Position numbers and translations under genes: made by a program | Shown here: piece by piece, positions 1 to 10,274 of the stretch | How the letters are laid out: each line of letters opens with the position of its first letter | Numbering within the stretch: position 1 is the stretch's first letter | NCBI GenBank assembly: GCA_037131955.1 | Contig: JBAXQC010000007.1 | Coordinates: forward strand, 3,004-67,003 | From: Bacteroidota bacterium | Lineage (GTDB): Bacteria; Bacteroidota; Bacteroidia; UBA4408 | DNA: 64,000 bases | Reading direction: 5' to 3' | Notes under the pieces: generated by a model | What the model was told of the DNA's origin: nothing | Seen by the model: the letters and a program-made list of their open reading frames with translations, nothing else | Databases searched by the model: none

Positions 1-819
1 GAAGATCCTACTTTCCGTGTAAAAACTGACGAAGAAACAGGTCAAACTGTAATCAGCGGAATGGGCGAGCTTCACTTAGAAATTATTGTAGATAGATTAA
101 GAAGAGAATTTAAAGTGGAGGTTAACCAAGGTGCACCTCAAGTAAACTACAAAGAATCTATCAACGGAACAATAGAGCACAGAGAAGTTTACAAGAAACA
201 AACAGGTGGTAGAGGTAAATTTGCCGACATCAAGTTTTTCTTGTCTCCTGTTGACGAAGATTTTGTTCCAGATGCAAAAAATGGTGGTCTTCAGTTCGTA
301 AACGAAGTAGTAGGTGGTAACATTCCAAGAGAATACATTCCATCGGTAGAGAAAGGATTCAGAACATCCATGGTAAATGGTGTAATGGCCGGCTTCCCGC
401 TTCAAACATTAAAAGTAAGATTAATAGACGGTTCATACCACGCTGTGGATTCAGATTCTCTTTCATTCGAAATCTGTGCCAAAACAGCATACAGAGAAGC
501 ATGTCCTAAAGCAAAACCTAGCTTGTTAGAACCAATCATGAAAATTGAGGTTCTTACACCAGAGCAAAACATGGGTGATGTAGTAGGAGATTTAAACAAA
601 AGAAGAGGTCAAATTGAGGGAATGGACTCAAAAGCTGGTTCACAAGTTATTAAAGCTAAAGTTCCACTTTCCGAAATGTTTGGATATGTTACAACACTAA
701 GAACAATTACATCAGGAAGAGCTTCGTCTTCTATGGAATTCTCTCACTATTCTGAGGCTCCAAGAAACATTGCCGAAGAAGTAATTGCTAAGTCAAAAGG
801 TAAAACAGAAAAAGTATAA
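1..819 (+). CDS. fusA: Elongation factor G, C-terminal part (gene continues upstream of window; reading frame open from base 1)
   Basis: Translation EDPTFRV...[33 protein letters not shown]... matches EF-G domains IV-V. Sits immediately upstream of rpsJ, as in the str/S10 operon. Confidence 0.9.
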   Translation, partial: EDPTFRVKTDEETGQTVISGMGELHLEIIVDRLRREFKVEVNQGAPQVNYKESINGTIEHREVYKKQTGGRGKFADIKFFLSPVDEDFVPDAKNGGLQFVNEVVGGNIPREYIPSVEKGFRTSMVNGVMAGFPLQTLKVRLIDGSYHAVDSDSLSFEICAKTAYREACPKAKPSLLEPIMKIEVLTPEQNMGDVVGDLNKRRGQIEGMDSKAGSQVIKAKVPLSEMFGYVTTLRTITSGRASSSMEFSHYSEAPRNIAEEVIAKSKGKTEKV

Positions 820-849
820 TCTAATATAAACCAGCTACGTTCTTTAAAA

Positions 850-1155
850 ATGAGCCAAAAAATAAGAATTAAGTTAAAGTCATACGACTTCAATCTGGTA
901 GACAAATCTGCCGAGAAAATCGTAAAAACTGTAAAATCTACAGGTGCAATTGTTAATGGTCCAATTCCATTACCAACCAACAAAAAGATTTTCACTGTAT
1001 TAAGGTCACCACACGTAAACAAAAAAGCTAGAGAACAATTTCAACTTTGCTCATACAAAAGATTGTTAGATATCTACAGCTCTACATCAAAAACAGTAGA
1101 TGCTTTGATGAAGTTGGAATTACCAAGCGGAGTAGAAGTAGAAATAAAAGTTTAG
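850..1155 (+). CDS. rpsJ: 30S ribosomal protein S10
   Basis: 101 aa with the characteristic S10 sequence ([10 protein letters not shown]...[15 protein letters not shown]). First gene of the S10 operon. Confidence 0.95.
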   Translation: MSQKIRIKLKSYDFNLVDKSAEKIVKTVKSTGAIVNGPIPLPTNKKIFTVLRSPHVNKKAREQFQLCSYKRLLDIYSSTSKTVDALMKLELPSGVEVEIKV

Positions 1156-1218
1156 TTAATTAAATTAATAAAAGCCGATCCCTCTTTAACTAGAGGTTAA
1201 GGGTTAAAACAAATAAAA

Positions 1219-1836
1219 ATGGCAGGAATAATAGGAAAAAAAGTCGGAATGACATCCATTTTCGACGAAGCCGGAAAACAGATACCTTGCAGTGTCATAG
1301 AAGCCGGTCCTTGTGTAGTTACACAAGTAAAAACACAGGAAATTGATGGCTACGAAGCACTACAATTGGGTTTTGATGATAAAAAAGACAAACACACCAC
1401 GAACGCTTTAAAAGGTCACTTTAAAAAAGCAGGTGTTACTCCAAAAAGAAAAGTAGTTGAATTTGATAATTTCAACAAAGAACTTAAGACTGGATCAGAA
1501 GTAAAAGCTGATATTTTTGCTGAAGGCGAATTTGTGGATGTTATCGGTACATCTAAAGGTAAAGGTTTTCAAGGTGTTGTAAAGCGTCACAACTTTGCCG
1601 GTGTAGGTGGTCAAACTCACGGACAGCACAATCGTCTTAGAGCTCCAGGTTCATTAGGTGCATCTTCTTGGCCTTCAAGAGTATTCAAAGGCATGAGAAT
1701 GGCTGGTAGAATGGGCGGAGACAGAGTAAAAGTACAAAATCTTCAAATAGTTAAAATATTTAGCGACCAAAACTTAATCGTGGTTAAAGGGTCAATCCCA
1801 GGTGCTAAAGGTTCTTACATTTTAATTGAGAAATAA
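1219..1836 (+). CDS. rplC: 50S ribosomal protein L3
   Basis: 205 aa with L3 hallmarks ([12 protein letters not shown]..., [17 protein letters not shown]). Operon position is correct. Confidence 0.95.
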   Translation: MAGIIGKKVGMTSIFDEAGKQIPCSVIEAGPCVVTQVKTQEIDGYEALQLGFDDKKDKHTTNALKGHFKKAGVTPKRKVVEFDNFNKELKTGSEVKADIFAEGEFVDVIGTSKGKGFQGVVKRHNFAGVGGQTHGQHNRLRAPGSLGASSWPSRVFKGMRMAGRMGGDRVKVQNLQIVKIFSDQNLIVVKGSIPGAKGSYILIEK

Positions 1837-1837
1837 T

Positions 1838-2464
1838 ATGGAATTGGTAGTAATGAATAAAGAGGGGAAAAGTACCTCTAAGAAAGTAAACCTTGCAAAA
1901 GATATCTTTGGAATTTCTCCAAACGATCATGCTATTTATTTGGATGTTAAATCCATTATGGCAAACAAACGCCAAGGAACGCACAAAAGCAAGCAAAGAA
2001 ACGAAGTTGCATTTTCTACAAGAAAACTAAAAAAACAAAAAGGAACCGGAGGAGCAAGAGCAGGAAGTAGAAAATCGGGTACAATTGTAGGTGGTGGTAG
2101 AATTTTTGGACCAGTGCCAAGAGATTATAGTTTTAAAATAAATAAAAAAGTTAAAGATTTAGCCAGGAGATCAGCTCTTTCATACAAAGCACAGAATAAC
2201 AGCATTTTATGCTTAGAGGATTTTGATTTTGAGTCTCCAAAAACAAAAAATTACATCCAATTAATAAAAAATCTTCAACTTTCTGAGAAAAAAACACTTT
2301 TAGTACTTGCTAATTCAACTAAAAACGTATATTTGTCCTCCCGAAATTTAAGCAACACCACAGTGGTAAGTGCTTCTCAGTTAAATACTTATGATGTGTT
2401 AAACGCACAAAATCTGATAATAACTGAAGGTTCGGTAAAAGAAATTGAAAACCTTTTAAACTAA
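1838..2464 (+). CDS. rplD: 50S ribosomal protein L4
   Basis: L4 family sequence ([10 protein letters not shown]..., [16 protein letters not shown]...GTGGARAGS). I chose the ATG at 1838; the track ORF starts at a TTG at 1826 that overlaps the rplC stop. Confidence 0.9.
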   Translation: MELVVMNKEGKSTSKKVNLAKDIFGISPNDHAIYLDVKSIMANKRQGTHKSKQRNEVAFSTRKLKKQKGTGGARAGSRKSGTIVGGGRIFGPVPRDYSFKINKKVKDLARRSALSYKAQNNSILCLEDFDFESPKTKNYIQLIKNLQLSEKKTLLVLANSTKNVYLSSRNLSNTTVVSASQLNTYDVLNAQNLIITEGSVKEIENLLN

Positions 2465-2473
2465 AACTGAACA

Positions 2474-2764
2474 ATGAATATCTTAATTAAGCCGGTAATT
2501 ACCGAAAAAATGAACAAGCTTACCGAGAAATTAAATCGTTATGGTTTTGTTGTAGCAAGAGGTGCAAATAAATTACAGATTAAAGAAGCCGTAGAAAAAA
2601 CATATGGTGTTACAGTAGAAGCAGTAAACACACAAAACTACATCGGTAAATTTAAATCTAGAAATACCAAAAACGGAATTGTTTCGGGTATTGCAAACAG
2701 ACACAGAAAAGCAGTTGTTACCTTAAAGAAGGGCGAGTCGATAGATTTGTATAACAACATTTAA
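2474..2764 (+). CDS. rplW: 50S ribosomal protein L23
   Basis: 96 aa of L23-like sequence between rplD and rplB. Confidence 0.9.
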   Translation: MNILIKPVITEKMNKLTEKLNRYGFVVARGANKLQIKEAVEKTYGVTVEAVNTQNYIGKFKSRNTKNGIVSGIANRHRKAVVTLKKGESIDLYNNI

Positions 2765-2816
2765 AATATTTATTAACTAAACTATAGCTGGGTAGCCTAT
2801 CAGCTGAAAATTAAAA

Positions 2817-3641
2817 ATGGGACTTAAAAAACTTAGACCGTTGACACCGTCGCAACGATTCAAACTCGTTAGCGACTATAGTGAAATAACCACTAATGTG
2901 CCTGAAAAGTCATTACTTGCAGGTGCAAAAAGATCTGGAGGAAGAAATAACTCTGGAAAAATGACCATGCGATATATCGGTGGTGGTCACAAACAAAATT
3001 ATCGTTTCATCGATTTCAAAAGAGACAAAGATGGTATCCCTGCTACCGTTAAGTCAATCGAGTACGATCCAAATCGTTCCGCAAGAATTTCTTTAGTATT
3101 CTACAAAGACGGAGAAAAAAGATACATCGTTGCTCCAAATGGAATTAAAGTTGGTCAAACAATCTTATCCGGTACTGGTGCTACACCTGATGTAGGGAAT
3201 ACATTATTTCTTTCCGAGATTCCATTAGGAACAATCATTCACAACATAGAATTACGTCCGGGTCAAGGTGCCTCTATTGCTAGAAGTGCCGGAAGCTATG
3301 CACAATTAGCTGCAAGAGACGGAAAATACGCTGTAATAAAAATGCCTTCTGGTGAAACTAGATTAATTTTAACTACTTGCAAAGCAACCATTGGTTCTGT
3401 TTCTAATCCCGACCATAACTTAGAGGTATCTGGTAAAGCAGGTAGAACTCGTTGGATGGGCAAGAGACCAAGAACTCGTCCAGTTGCAATGAATCCTGTA
3501 GATCATCCAATGGGTGGTGGAGAAGGTAGAGCCTCTGGAGGTCACCCAAGATCTAGAAATGGTGTGCCAGCAAAAGGATACAAAACAAGAACTCTTAAGA
3601 AAAGTTCTAACAGATACATAATCGAAAAAAGGAAAAAATAA
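2817..3641 (+). CDS. rplB: 50S ribosomal protein L2
   Basis: 274 aa with the L2 signature ([15 protein letters not shown]..., [22 protein letters not shown]). Confidence 0.95.
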   Translation: MGLKKLRPLTPSQRFKLVSDYSEITTNVPEKSLLAGAKRSGGRNNSGKMTMRYIGGGHKQNYRFIDFKRDKDGIPATVKSIEYDPNRSARISLVFYKDGEKRYIVAPNGIKVGQTILSGTGATPDVGNTLFLSEIPLGTIIHNIELRPGQGASIARSAGSYAQLAARDGKYAVIKMPSGETRLILTTCKATIGSVSNPDHNLEVSGKAGRTRWMGKRPRTRPVAMNPVDHPMGGGEGRASGGHPRSRNGVPAKGYKTRTLKKSSNRYIIEKRKK

Positions 3642-3655
3642 TAATTGATATATAG

Positions 3656-3928
3656 ATGGCTCGTTCATTAAAAAAAGGTCCTTTTGTGGACTTTAAACTA
3701 GAAAAAAAGGTTACTAATATGGTTGCTTCAGGAAAAAAGCAAGCAATTAAAACCTGGTCCAGAAAATCAATGATTATTCCTGATTTCGTAGGACAAACAC
3801 TTGCAGTGCACAACGGTAATAAATTTATTCCCGTTTACGTAACAGAAAATATGGTAGGTCATAAGCTTGGGGAGTTTGCTCCTACAAGAAACTTTAGAGG
3901 ACATGCCGGTAACAAAAATAAAAAGTAA
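3656..3928 (+). CDS. rpsS: 30S ribosomal protein S19
   Basis: 90 aa with the S19 motif ([12 protein letters not shown]..., [26 protein letters not shown]). Confidence 0.95.
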   Translation: MARSLKKGPFVDFKLEKKVTNMVASGKKQAIKTWSRKSMIIPDFVGQTLAVHNGNKFIPVYVTENMVGHKLGEFAPTRNFRGHAGNKNKK

Positions 3929-3956
3929 TTAACCACAATAGTATAAGCTACTAGTC

Positions 3957-4355
3957 ATGGGCGTAAGAAAAAGAGAATCTGCCGATAGCAGAAAAGAAGA
4001 AAATAAGCAAATCAGTTTTGCAAAACTTAAAAATTGTCCAACTTCTCCAAGAAAAATGAGATTGGTTGCCGATTTAGTTAGAGGAATGCAAGTTGAAAAA
4101 GCTTTACAAATATTAAAATACAATCCTAAAGAAGCTTCAAACAGAATAGAAAAACTGTTGCTTAGCGCCATTTCTAATTGGCAAGCAAAAAATGAAGGCA
4201 AAAGGGTAGAAGACGCTAACTTAATTGTTAAAACAATTTTTGTAGATAGCGGATTCCAATTAAAGAGATTAAGAACTGCGCCACAAGGGAGAGGATATAG
4301 AATTAGAAAGCGTTCTAATCACGTTACATTAACAGTAGATAGCAAAATTAATTAA
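3957..4355 (+). CDS. rplV: 50S ribosomal protein L22
   Basis: 132 aa of L22-like sequence ([14 protein letters not shown]...) between rpsS and rpsC. Confidence 0.9.
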   Translation: MGVRKRESADSRKEENKQISFAKLKNCPTSPRKMRLVADLVRGMQVEKALQILKYNPKEASNRIEKLLLSAISNWQAKNEGKRVEDANLIVKTIFVDSGFQLKRLRTAPQGRGYRIRKRSNHVTLTVDSKIN

Positions 4356-4375
4356 TTAAAAGATAAAAACTTCCG

Positions 4376-5167
4376 ATGGGACAAAAAGCCAATCCGATAA
4401 GTACAAGATTAGGAATCATCAGGGGATGGGACTCCAACTGGTATGGTGGAAAAAATTATGCAGATAAATTGGTTGAAGATTACAAAATCAGAAACTACTT
4501 AATGGCTAGGTTAGCCAAAGGTGGCATTTCAAAAATTGTAATTGAACGAACTTTAAAGCTTATCACTGTAACTATAAACACTGCCAGACCAGGTATTATT
4601 ATTGGTAAAGGTGGTAAAGAAGTGGATAAACTTAAAGAGGAATTAAAGAAAATTACTAAAAAAGATGTCCAAATAAACATTTTTGAGATTAAACGTCCAG
4701 AAACTGATGCAGTGCTTGTTGCTGACTCAATTGCAAGACAAATAGAAGGTAGAATTTCTTTCAGAAGAGCCATCAAAACATCTATTGCCTCAGCTATCAG
4801 AATGGGGGCCGAAGGTATTAAGGTTTCTATTGGAGGAAGACTTGGTGGTGCAGAAATGGCAAGAACCGAGCACTACAAAGAAGGAAGAACTCCTCTTCAT
4901 ACCTTTAGAGCTGATATAGATTATGCCAACGCAGAAGCTCATACCACTTATGGTAGAATTGGTATAAAAGTTTGGATTTGCAAAGGAGAAGTTTATGGAA
5001 AAAGAGATTTATCTCCAAACATTGGCTACTCTACAGCATTTAATGCAAACGGTGCAAAAGAAAACACACAAGGTGGCGGAAGAGGCGAACGCCCAAGTGG
5101 AGGAAATAGAGGCGGAAGAGGTCCTGCTGCAGGCGGAAATAAAAGAAAACCACAACAGAAATCTTAA
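4376..5167 (+). CDS. rpsC: 30S ribosomal protein S3, with a Gly/Arg-rich C-terminal extension
   Basis: 263 aa containing KH and S3-C domains ([14 protein letters not shown]..., [14 protein letters not shown]). The tail [26 protein letters not shown] lies beyond the usual end. Confidence 0.95.
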   Translation: MGQKANPISTRLGIIRGWDSNWYGGKNYADKLVEDYKIRNYLMARLAKGGISKIVIERTLKLITVTINTARPGIIIGKGGKEVDKLKEELKKITKKDVQINIFEIKRPETDAVLVADSIARQIEGRISFRRAIKTSIASAIRMGAEGIKVSIGGRLGGAEMARTEHYKEGRTPLHTFRADIDYANAEAHTTYGRIGIKVWICKGEVYGKRDLSPNIGYSTAFNANGAKENTQGGGRGERPSGGNRGGRGPAAGGNKRKPQQKS

Positions 5168-5188
5168 TTGATACAATATTATTGAGTT

Positions 5189-5617
5189 ATGTTACAACCA
5201 AAAAGAACAAAATATAGAAAACAGCATAAAATGAAAGCTAAGGGCAATGCCATGAGAGGCAACCAAATTGCCTTTGGATCATTTGCTATAAAAGCTGAAG
5301 CTACTTGCTGGTTAACTTCAAGACAAATTGAAGCTGCAAGGGTTGCCGTTACAAGGTTTATGAAAAGAGAGGGACAAATTTGGATCAGAGTTTTCCCTGA
5401 TAAGCCAATTACCAAAAAACCTGCTGAGGTACGTATGGGTAAAGGTAAAGGTGCTCCAGAATATTGGGTGGCAGTAGTTAAACCAGGAAGAATTATTTTT
5501 GAAGCAGATGGCGTTCCAATCGAAACTGCTAAAGAAGCTTTGAGATTAGCTGCCCAAAAATTACCAATTACCACAAAATTTATTGTAAGAAGAGATTATG
5601 TCTCTGAAGTTGCATAA
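5189..5617 (+). CDS. rplP: 50S ribosomal protein L16
   Basis: 142 aa starting [14 protein letters not shown]..., which is canonical for L16. Confidence 0.95.
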   Translation: MLQPKRTKYRKQHKMKAKGNAMRGNQIAFGSFAIKAEATCWLTSRQIEAARVAVTRFMKREGQIWIRVFPDKPITKKPAEVRMGKGKGAPEYWVAVVKPGRIIFEADGVPIETAKEALRLAAQKLPITTKFIVRRDYVSEVA

Positions 5618-5634
5618 CAAACAAGAATAAAAAT

Positions 5635-5823
5635 ATGAAGTCAATAGATATCAGAGAATTGTCCACCGAAGAACTTAGCAAAAGAATTGCCGAGGAAAAA
5701 GGACAATTGTCAAAAATGAAACTTAATCACGGAATTTCTCCTCTCGAAAACCCAACTAAAATTAGAATGGCAAGAAGAGTTATTGCTAGATTAAAAACAA
5801 TTTTAAATCAAAGAAAATCCTAA
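5635..5823 (+). CDS. rpmC: 50S ribosomal protein L29
   Basis: 62 aa helical protein between rplP and rpsQ. Confidence 0.9.
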   Translation: MKSIDIRELSTEELSKRIAEEKGQLSKMKLNHGISPLENPTKIRMARRVIARLKTILNQRKS

Positions 5824-5827
5824 TCAA

Positions 5828-6085
5828 ATGGAAGAAAGGAATTTTAGAAAAGAGAGAATCGGTGTTGTTACTAGCAATAAAATGGAAAAGTCTATTGTTG
5901 TTGCAGTTGAAAGAAAAGTAAAACACGAGAAATACGGAAAGTTCTTGAAACTTACCTCTAAATTTGTTGCTCACGACGAAAAAAATGAGTGCAGCATTGG
6001 AGATACCGTAAAAATAATGGAAACTAGACCTCTTAGTAAAAGAAAAAACTGGAGATTAGTAGAAGTAGTTGAAAAGGCTAAATAA
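5828..6085 (+). CDS. rpsQ: 30S ribosomal protein S17
   Basis: 85 aa of S17 family sequence ([28 protein letters not shown]). Confidence 0.9.
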   Translation: MEERNFRKERIGVVTSNKMEKSIVVAVERKVKHEKYGKFLKLTSKFVAHDEKNECSIGDTVKIMETRPLSKRKNWRLVEVVEKAK

Positions 6086-6106
6086 TAACATTTTAATCAT
6101 TAAACA

Positions 6107-6475
6107 GTGATACAACAAGAATCAAGGCTAACAGTAGCAGATAACAGCGGTGCAAAAGAAGTTTTGTGTATAAGAGTTCTAGGTGGAACTAAGCGTCGTT
6201 ATGCTTCTGTAGGCGATAAAATAGTGGTGGCAGTAAAACATGCTTTGCCTTCAGGAAACGTTAAAAAAGGATCTGTTTCCAAAGCAGTTATAGTTAGAAC
6301 TAAAAAAGAAGTGAGAAGAGCCGATGGTTCTTACATTCGTTTTGACGACAATGCTGTTGTTCTATTAAACAATACAGACGAAATTAGAGGAACTCGTATT
6401 TTTGGACCGGTTGCTCGTGAACTGCGTGAAAAACAATTCATGAAAATAGTTTCATTAGCTCCAGAAGTACTTTAA
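6107..6475 (+). CDS. rplN: 50S ribosomal protein L14
   Basis: 122 aa starting [18 protein letters not shown]..., which is canonical for L14. Confidence 0.95.
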   Translation: MIQQESRLTVADNSGAKEVLCIRVLGGTKRRYASVGDKIVVAVKHALPSGNVKKGSVSKAVIVRTKKEVRRADGSYIRFDDNAVVLLNNTDEIRGTRIFGPVARELREKQFMKIVSLAPEVL

Positions 6476-6486
6476 AAATTATTATT

Positions 6487-6801
6487 ATGGCCATAAAGCT
6501 AAAATTAAAAAAGGGAGATACTGTAATTGTAATTGCAGGAGACCAAAAAGGAAAACAAGGAAAAATTGTTGAAATAGACAAAGAATCTACTAGAGCTTTT
6601 GTTGAGGGTGTGAACATGGTAAAAAAGCACTCAAAACCATCTGCAAAATATCCTCAAGGAGGAGTTGTGGAAATAGCATCTTCTATACACATTTCAAATC
6701 TTATGCTTTTAGACAATGGTAAACCAACCAAAGTAGGAAGAAAAATAGTTGAGGGCAAAAGCGTAAGAGTTGCAAAAAAATCTCAAGCAGTAATAAAGTA
6801 A
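6487..6801 (+). CDS. rplX: 50S ribosomal protein L24
   Basis: 104 aa with a KOW motif (KKGDTVIVIAGDQKGKQGKI). Confidence 0.9.
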   Translation: MAIKLKLKKGDTVIVIAGDQKGKQGKIVEIDKESTRAFVEGVNMVKKHSKPSAKYPQGGVVEIASSIHISNLMLLDNGKPTKVGRKIVEGKSVRVAKKSQAVIK

Positions 6802-6848
6802 ATAACTAATAAATGTAGGATGGCCATTGCTAACCTGCGCTAAATAAA

Positions 6849-7409
6849 ATGGAAACAAAAAACGTACAACCTAGGCTTAAGTTAAAATACAGAGCCGAAA
6901 TTATTGCAAACCTTCAAAAGGAGTTTCAATACAAAAGCTCAATGCAAGTTCCTAAATTAGAAAAAATTTGCCTCAACCAGGGTCTTGGTATTGCTGTTGC
7001 CGATAAAAAAATTATCGACACTGCTCTTGTTGAAATGACTACCATCTCTGGTCAAAAAGCAGTATCTACAAAATCTAAAAAAGATATCTCCAACTTCAAA
7101 TTAAGAAAAAATGTTCCTATCGGAGCTAAAGTTACATTAAGAGGAGATAAGATGTATGAATTTTTAGACAGACTAATTGCAGTTGCTCTTCCAAGAATTC
7201 GTGATTTTAGAGGCGTAAATAATAAGTCATTCGACGGAAAAGGTAATTATACTTTGGGTGTAACCGAACAAATTATCTTCCCAGAAATATCAATAGATAA
7301 AGTAAACAAAATTCTAGGTATGGACATAACTTTTGTTACTTCAGCAAAGTCTGATGCAGAAGCGTTTTCATTATTAAGAGAATTTGGAGTACCATTTAAG
7401 AAAAACTAA
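6849..7409 (+). CDS. rplE: 50S ribosomal protein L5
   Basis: 186 aa of L5 family sequence ([10 protein letters not shown]..., [15 protein letters not shown]). Confidence 0.95.
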   Translation: METKNVQPRLKLKYRAEIIANLQKEFQYKSSMQVPKLEKICLNQGLGIAVADKKIIDTALVEMTTISGQKAVSTKSKKDISNFKLRKNVPIGAKVTLRGDKMYEFLDRLIAVALPRIRDFRGVNNKSFDGKGNYTLGVTEQIIFPEISIDKVNKILGMDITFVTSAKSDAEAFSLLREFGVPFKKN

Positions 7410-7429
7410 AGAAACTAAATAGCAAAAAT

Positions 7430-7699
7430 ATGGCTAAAGAATCAATGAAAGCCCGCGAGGTAAAAAGGGCTGCGATGGTTGCAAGATATGCAGAAAAACG
7501 TAAAGCTCTTAAAGAAGCTGGAGATTCTGTAGGTTTGCAAAAACTACCACGAAATTCTTCTCCTAACAGAATGAGAAGTAGATGTAAAATCACGGGAAGA
7601 CCAAGAGGATACATGAAAATTTTTGGTGTATCTAGAAACACATTCAGAGAATTGGCATTGAACGGAAAAATTCCGGGCGTAACCAAATCAAGCTGGTAA
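7430..7699 (+). CDS. rpsN: 30S ribosomal protein S14
   Basis: 89 aa of S14 sequence ([13 protein letters not shown]...[10 protein letters not shown]...). Confidence 0.9.
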   Translation: MAKESMKAREVKRAAMVARYAEKRKALKEAGDSVGLQKLPRNSSPNRMRSRCKITGRPRGYMKIFGVSRNTFRELALNGKIPGVTKSSW

Positions 7700-7752
7700 A
7701 AAATAATAAACACAATATAAACTAATCGGATATCGATTGAAAAACAATCACA

Positions 7753-8148
7753 ATGACTGATCCTATCTCAGACTACCTAACAAGGTTAAGAAATGCTATA
7801 AAGGCAAATCACAAAATGGTGGAAGTTCCTGCTTCAAAAATGAAAAAGGAAATCACTAAAATTCTTTTCGAAAAAGGATACATCCTTAACTACAAATTCG
7901 AAGAAGACGCTAAACAAGGAGTTATTAAAGTGGCGTTGAAATTTAACCCAGTAACTAAACTAAGTGCAATTAAAGACTTAAGAAGGGTTAGCCGCCCAGG
8001 TTTAAGAAGATACACTGGTGTGGATACTATGCCAAGAGTATTAAACGGTCTTGGAATTGCCATCATTTCCACTTCTAAAGGTGTAATGACCGACAAGGAA
8101 GCTAAGGCTCAAAAAGTTGGTGGAGAAGTAATTTGTTACATATCTTAA
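7753..8148 (+). CDS. rpsH: 30S ribosomal protein S8
   Basis: 131 aa starting MTDPISDYLTRLRNA..., which is canonical for S8. Confidence 0.95.
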   Translation: MTDPISDYLTRLRNAIKANHKMVEVPASKMKKEITKILFEKGYILNYKFEEDAKQGVIKVALKFNPVTKLSAIKDLRRVSRPGLRRYTGVDTMPRVLNGLGIAIISTSKGVMTDKEAKAQKVGGEVICYIS

Positions 8149-8165
8149 TTTAAAAGGAGGAAATT

Positions 8166-8717
8166 ATGTCAAGAATCGGAAAACTTCCCTTATCTCTACC
8201 CAAAGGTGTTGATGTAAGTACAGCCGGACAAACTGTAAAAGTTAAAGGTCCGCTAGGAGAATTAAACAGAACTTTATCCGAAGGTATTTCGGTAACAATA
8301 GAAGATGGTATTGTAACTGTAGCAAGAGCTTCAGAACAAAAACATCACAAAGCACTACATGGTCTTTCAAGAGCGCTTATTGCAAACATGGTAAAAGGTG
8401 TTTCTGAAGGATTTTCTACTGAACAAGAATTAGTAGGTGTAGGGTATAGAGCTGCAAACACAGGAAACTTGTTAGAATTAACTTTAGGTTTCTCTCACAA
8501 CGTTGCATTTGAATTGCCAAAAGAGATAAAAATAGAAACTAAAACAGAAAGAGGTAAAAACCCAACCATCATCTTAAAGGCAATTGACAATGAATTGCTT
8601 GGACAAGTTGCTGCAAAAATAAGAAGCTTCCGTCCACCTGAGCCTTACAAAGGAAAAGGTATTAAGTTTGCGGGAGAAGTTCTTCGCAGAAAAGCTGGTA
8701 AGTCTGCTGGTAAATAA
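8166..8717 (+). CDS. rplF: 50S ribosomal protein L6
   Basis: 183 aa of L6 sequence (MSRIGKLPLSLPKGVDV...). Confidence 0.95.
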   Translation: MSRIGKLPLSLPKGVDVSTAGQTVKVKGPLGELNRTLSEGISVTIEDGIVTVARASEQKHHKALHGLSRALIANMVKGVSEGFSTEQELVGVGYRAANTGNLLELTLGFSHNVAFELPKEIKIETKTERGKNPTIILKAIDNELLGQVAAKIRSFRPPEPYKGKGIKFAGEVLRRKAGKSAGK

Positions 8718-8735
8718 TTTATAAAAGTAATTGTC

Positions 8736-9092
8736 ATGGCTATAACAAAAGAATATAGAAGAACACGAATTAAGAAAAGAATTCGTAAGGTAGTTACCGG
8801 TGATGCCGGAGCTCCAAGAATGTCTGTTTTTAGAAGTAATAAACAAATTTACGTCCAATTAATAGACGATGTTGCTGGAAAAACAATAGTTGCAGCAAGC
8901 TCAAAAATTGCAGACATTGCAGGAAAAAAAGTAACAAAAATTGAACAAGCTCAACTGGTTGGTAAATTAGTAGCAGAAAAAGCGCTTGCAGAAAAAATCA
9001 CTAGCGTAAGATTCGACAGAAACGGATACTTGTATCACGGTAGAGTAAAGGCTTTAGCAGAAGCAGCAAGAGAAGGTGGATTACAATTTTAA
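8736..9092 (+). CDS. rplR: 50S ribosomal protein L18
   Basis: 118 aa of L18 sequence ([18 protein letters not shown]...). Confidence 0.9.
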   Translation: MAITKEYRRTRIKKRIRKVVTGDAGAPRMSVFRSNKQIYVQLIDDVAGKTIVAASSKIADIAGKKVTKIEQAQLVGKLVAEKALAEKITSVRFDRNGYLYHGRVKALAEAAREGGLQF

Positions 9093-9108
9093 TCAGAAAA
9101 TTTAAAAC

Positions 9109-9624
9109 ATGTCAGTAAATTCAAAAAAAGTAAGGTCAAGCGATATTGAACTTAAAGATAAATTAGTTTCGGTACAAAGAGTTACCAAAGTAACCAAAGG
9201 AGGAAGAACTTTTAGTTTCTCTGCAATTGTTGTAGTAGGAAACGAAAAGGGAGTTGTTGGATACGGTTTAGGTAAAGCAAAAGAAGTAACCGACGCAATA
9301 TCAAAAGGCATTGAAGATGCAAAGAAAAACATGATTAAAGTACCAATTCTTCATGGTACTGTTCCTCACGAACAATACGGAAGATACGGTGGAGCTAGAG
9401 TTTTCCTTAAGCCTGCTGCTCATGGTACTGGTGTAATTGCAGGTGGTGCAATGAGAGCTGTTTTAGAAAGCGTTGGTGTAACAGATGTATTGGCCAAATC
9501 AAAAGGCTCTTCTAACCCACACAACGTTGTTAAAGCAACTATAGATGCTTTAGAACAAATGAGAGATGCTATTGCTATTTCTCAACAAAGAGGAATTTCT
9601 TTAGACAGAGTATTTAACGGTTAA
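9109..9624 (+). CDS. rpsE: 30S ribosomal protein S5
   Basis: 171 aa of S5 sequence ([27 protein letters not shown]...). Confidence 0.95.
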   Translation: MSVNSKKVRSSDIELKDKLVSVQRVTKVTKGGRTFSFSAIVVVGNEKGVVGYGLGKAKEVTDAISKGIEDAKKNMIKVPILHGTVPHEQYGRYGGARVFLKPAAHGTGVIAGGAMRAVLESVGVTDVLAKSKGSSNPHNVVKATIDALEQMRDAIAISQQRGISLDRVFNG

Positions 9625-9635
9625 TACCAGAAATT

Positions 9636-9812
9636 ATGGAAAAGATAAAAATTAAACAAGTTAAAAGTGGAATAGACAGACCCGAAAGGCAAAAACGTAC
9701 TTTAAAAGCTCTTGGTTTTTCAAAAATGAACCAAGTAATTGAAGTAACTAAATCGCCAGCAGTTGAGGGAATGATAAAGAAAATTAGTCATTTGGTAACC
9801 ATATTAGAATAA
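9636..9812 (+). CDS. rpmD: 50S ribosomal protein L30 (58 aa; below the ORF-track size cutoff, found manually)
   Basis: ATG at 9636 translates to MEKIKIKQVKSGIDRPERQKRTLKALGFSKMNQVIEV...TILE*. This is the typical L30 sequence in its expected slot between rpsE and rplO. Confidence 0.8.
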   Translation: MEKIKIKQVKSGIDRPERQKRTLKALGFSKMNQVIEVTKSPAVEGMIKKISHLVTILE

Positions 9813-9816
9813 TAAA

Positions 9817-10263
9817 ATGGATTTAAATAGTTTAAAGCCTGCTGAAGGCTCAACAAAAAACAGAAAAAGAATTGGCCGTGGTCAAGGTTCAGGTAGAGGT
9901 GGCACTTCAACAAGAGGTCACAAAGGTGCTAAATCAAGATCAGGCTACTCTTCAAAAGTAGGATTTGAAGGAGGTCAAATGCCTTTGCAAAGACGTGTTC
10001 CAAAATTTGGATTCAAAAACATAAACAGAGTTGAATACAATGGAATTAATCTTGATGCAATTCAAAAACTAGTTGAAGCAAAAAATATTTCCAAAATTGA
10101 TCACCTAGTATTGGTTGAAAATGGATTGGCTTCAAAAAAAGACCTGGTTAAAATTTTAGGCAGGGGAGAACTAAAAGCAAAAGTTGAAGTTACAGCTCAC
10201 GCTTTTTCTCAAACAGCAAAAAACGCAATAGAAACTTTAGGTGGCTCTGCCACAACACTGTGA
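9817..10263 (+). CDS. rplO: 50S ribosomal protein L15
   Basis: 148 aa with a Gly/Arg-rich N-terminus (GRGQGSGRGGTSTRGHKG), typical of L15. Confidence 0.9.
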   Translation: MDLNSLKPAEGSTKNRKRIGRGQGSGRGGTSTRGHKGAKSRSGYSSKVGFEGGQMPLQRRVPKFGFKNINRVEYNGINLDAIQKLVEAKNISKIDHLVLVENGLASKKDLVKILGRGELKAKVEVTAHAFSQTAKNAIETLGGSATTL

Positions 10264-10274
10264 TTTAATCTTCT

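Noticed and set aside
97-1022. Antisense ORFs inside fusA/rpsJ (97-405, 402-599, 747-1022, minus strand) and the many similar 60-150 aa antisense or out-of-frame ORFs inside ribosomal, secY, map, rel, purA and parE genes. Examples are 1805-1996, 3420-3813, 4495-4776, 5179-5574, 10679-10960, 12005-12455, 25653-25940 and 36014-36253.
   Set aside because: They lie wholly inside strongly supported conserved genes on the opposite strand or in another frame. They have no recognisable protein features and reflect AT-rich codon bias, not real genes.
1826-1837. TTG start at 1826 for rplD (track [12 protein letters not shown]...).
   Set aside because: L4 proteins begin MEL..., the ATG at 1838 matches, and the TTG overlaps the rplC stop codon. 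The ATG start is preferred.
6802-6848. Relatively GC-rich 47-nt rplX-rplE intergenic segment (GGATGGCCATTGCTAACCTGCGC) as a possible regulatory hairpin.
   Set aside because: No convincing stem-loop or repeat can be drawn. It is probably an ordinary intercistronic spacer.
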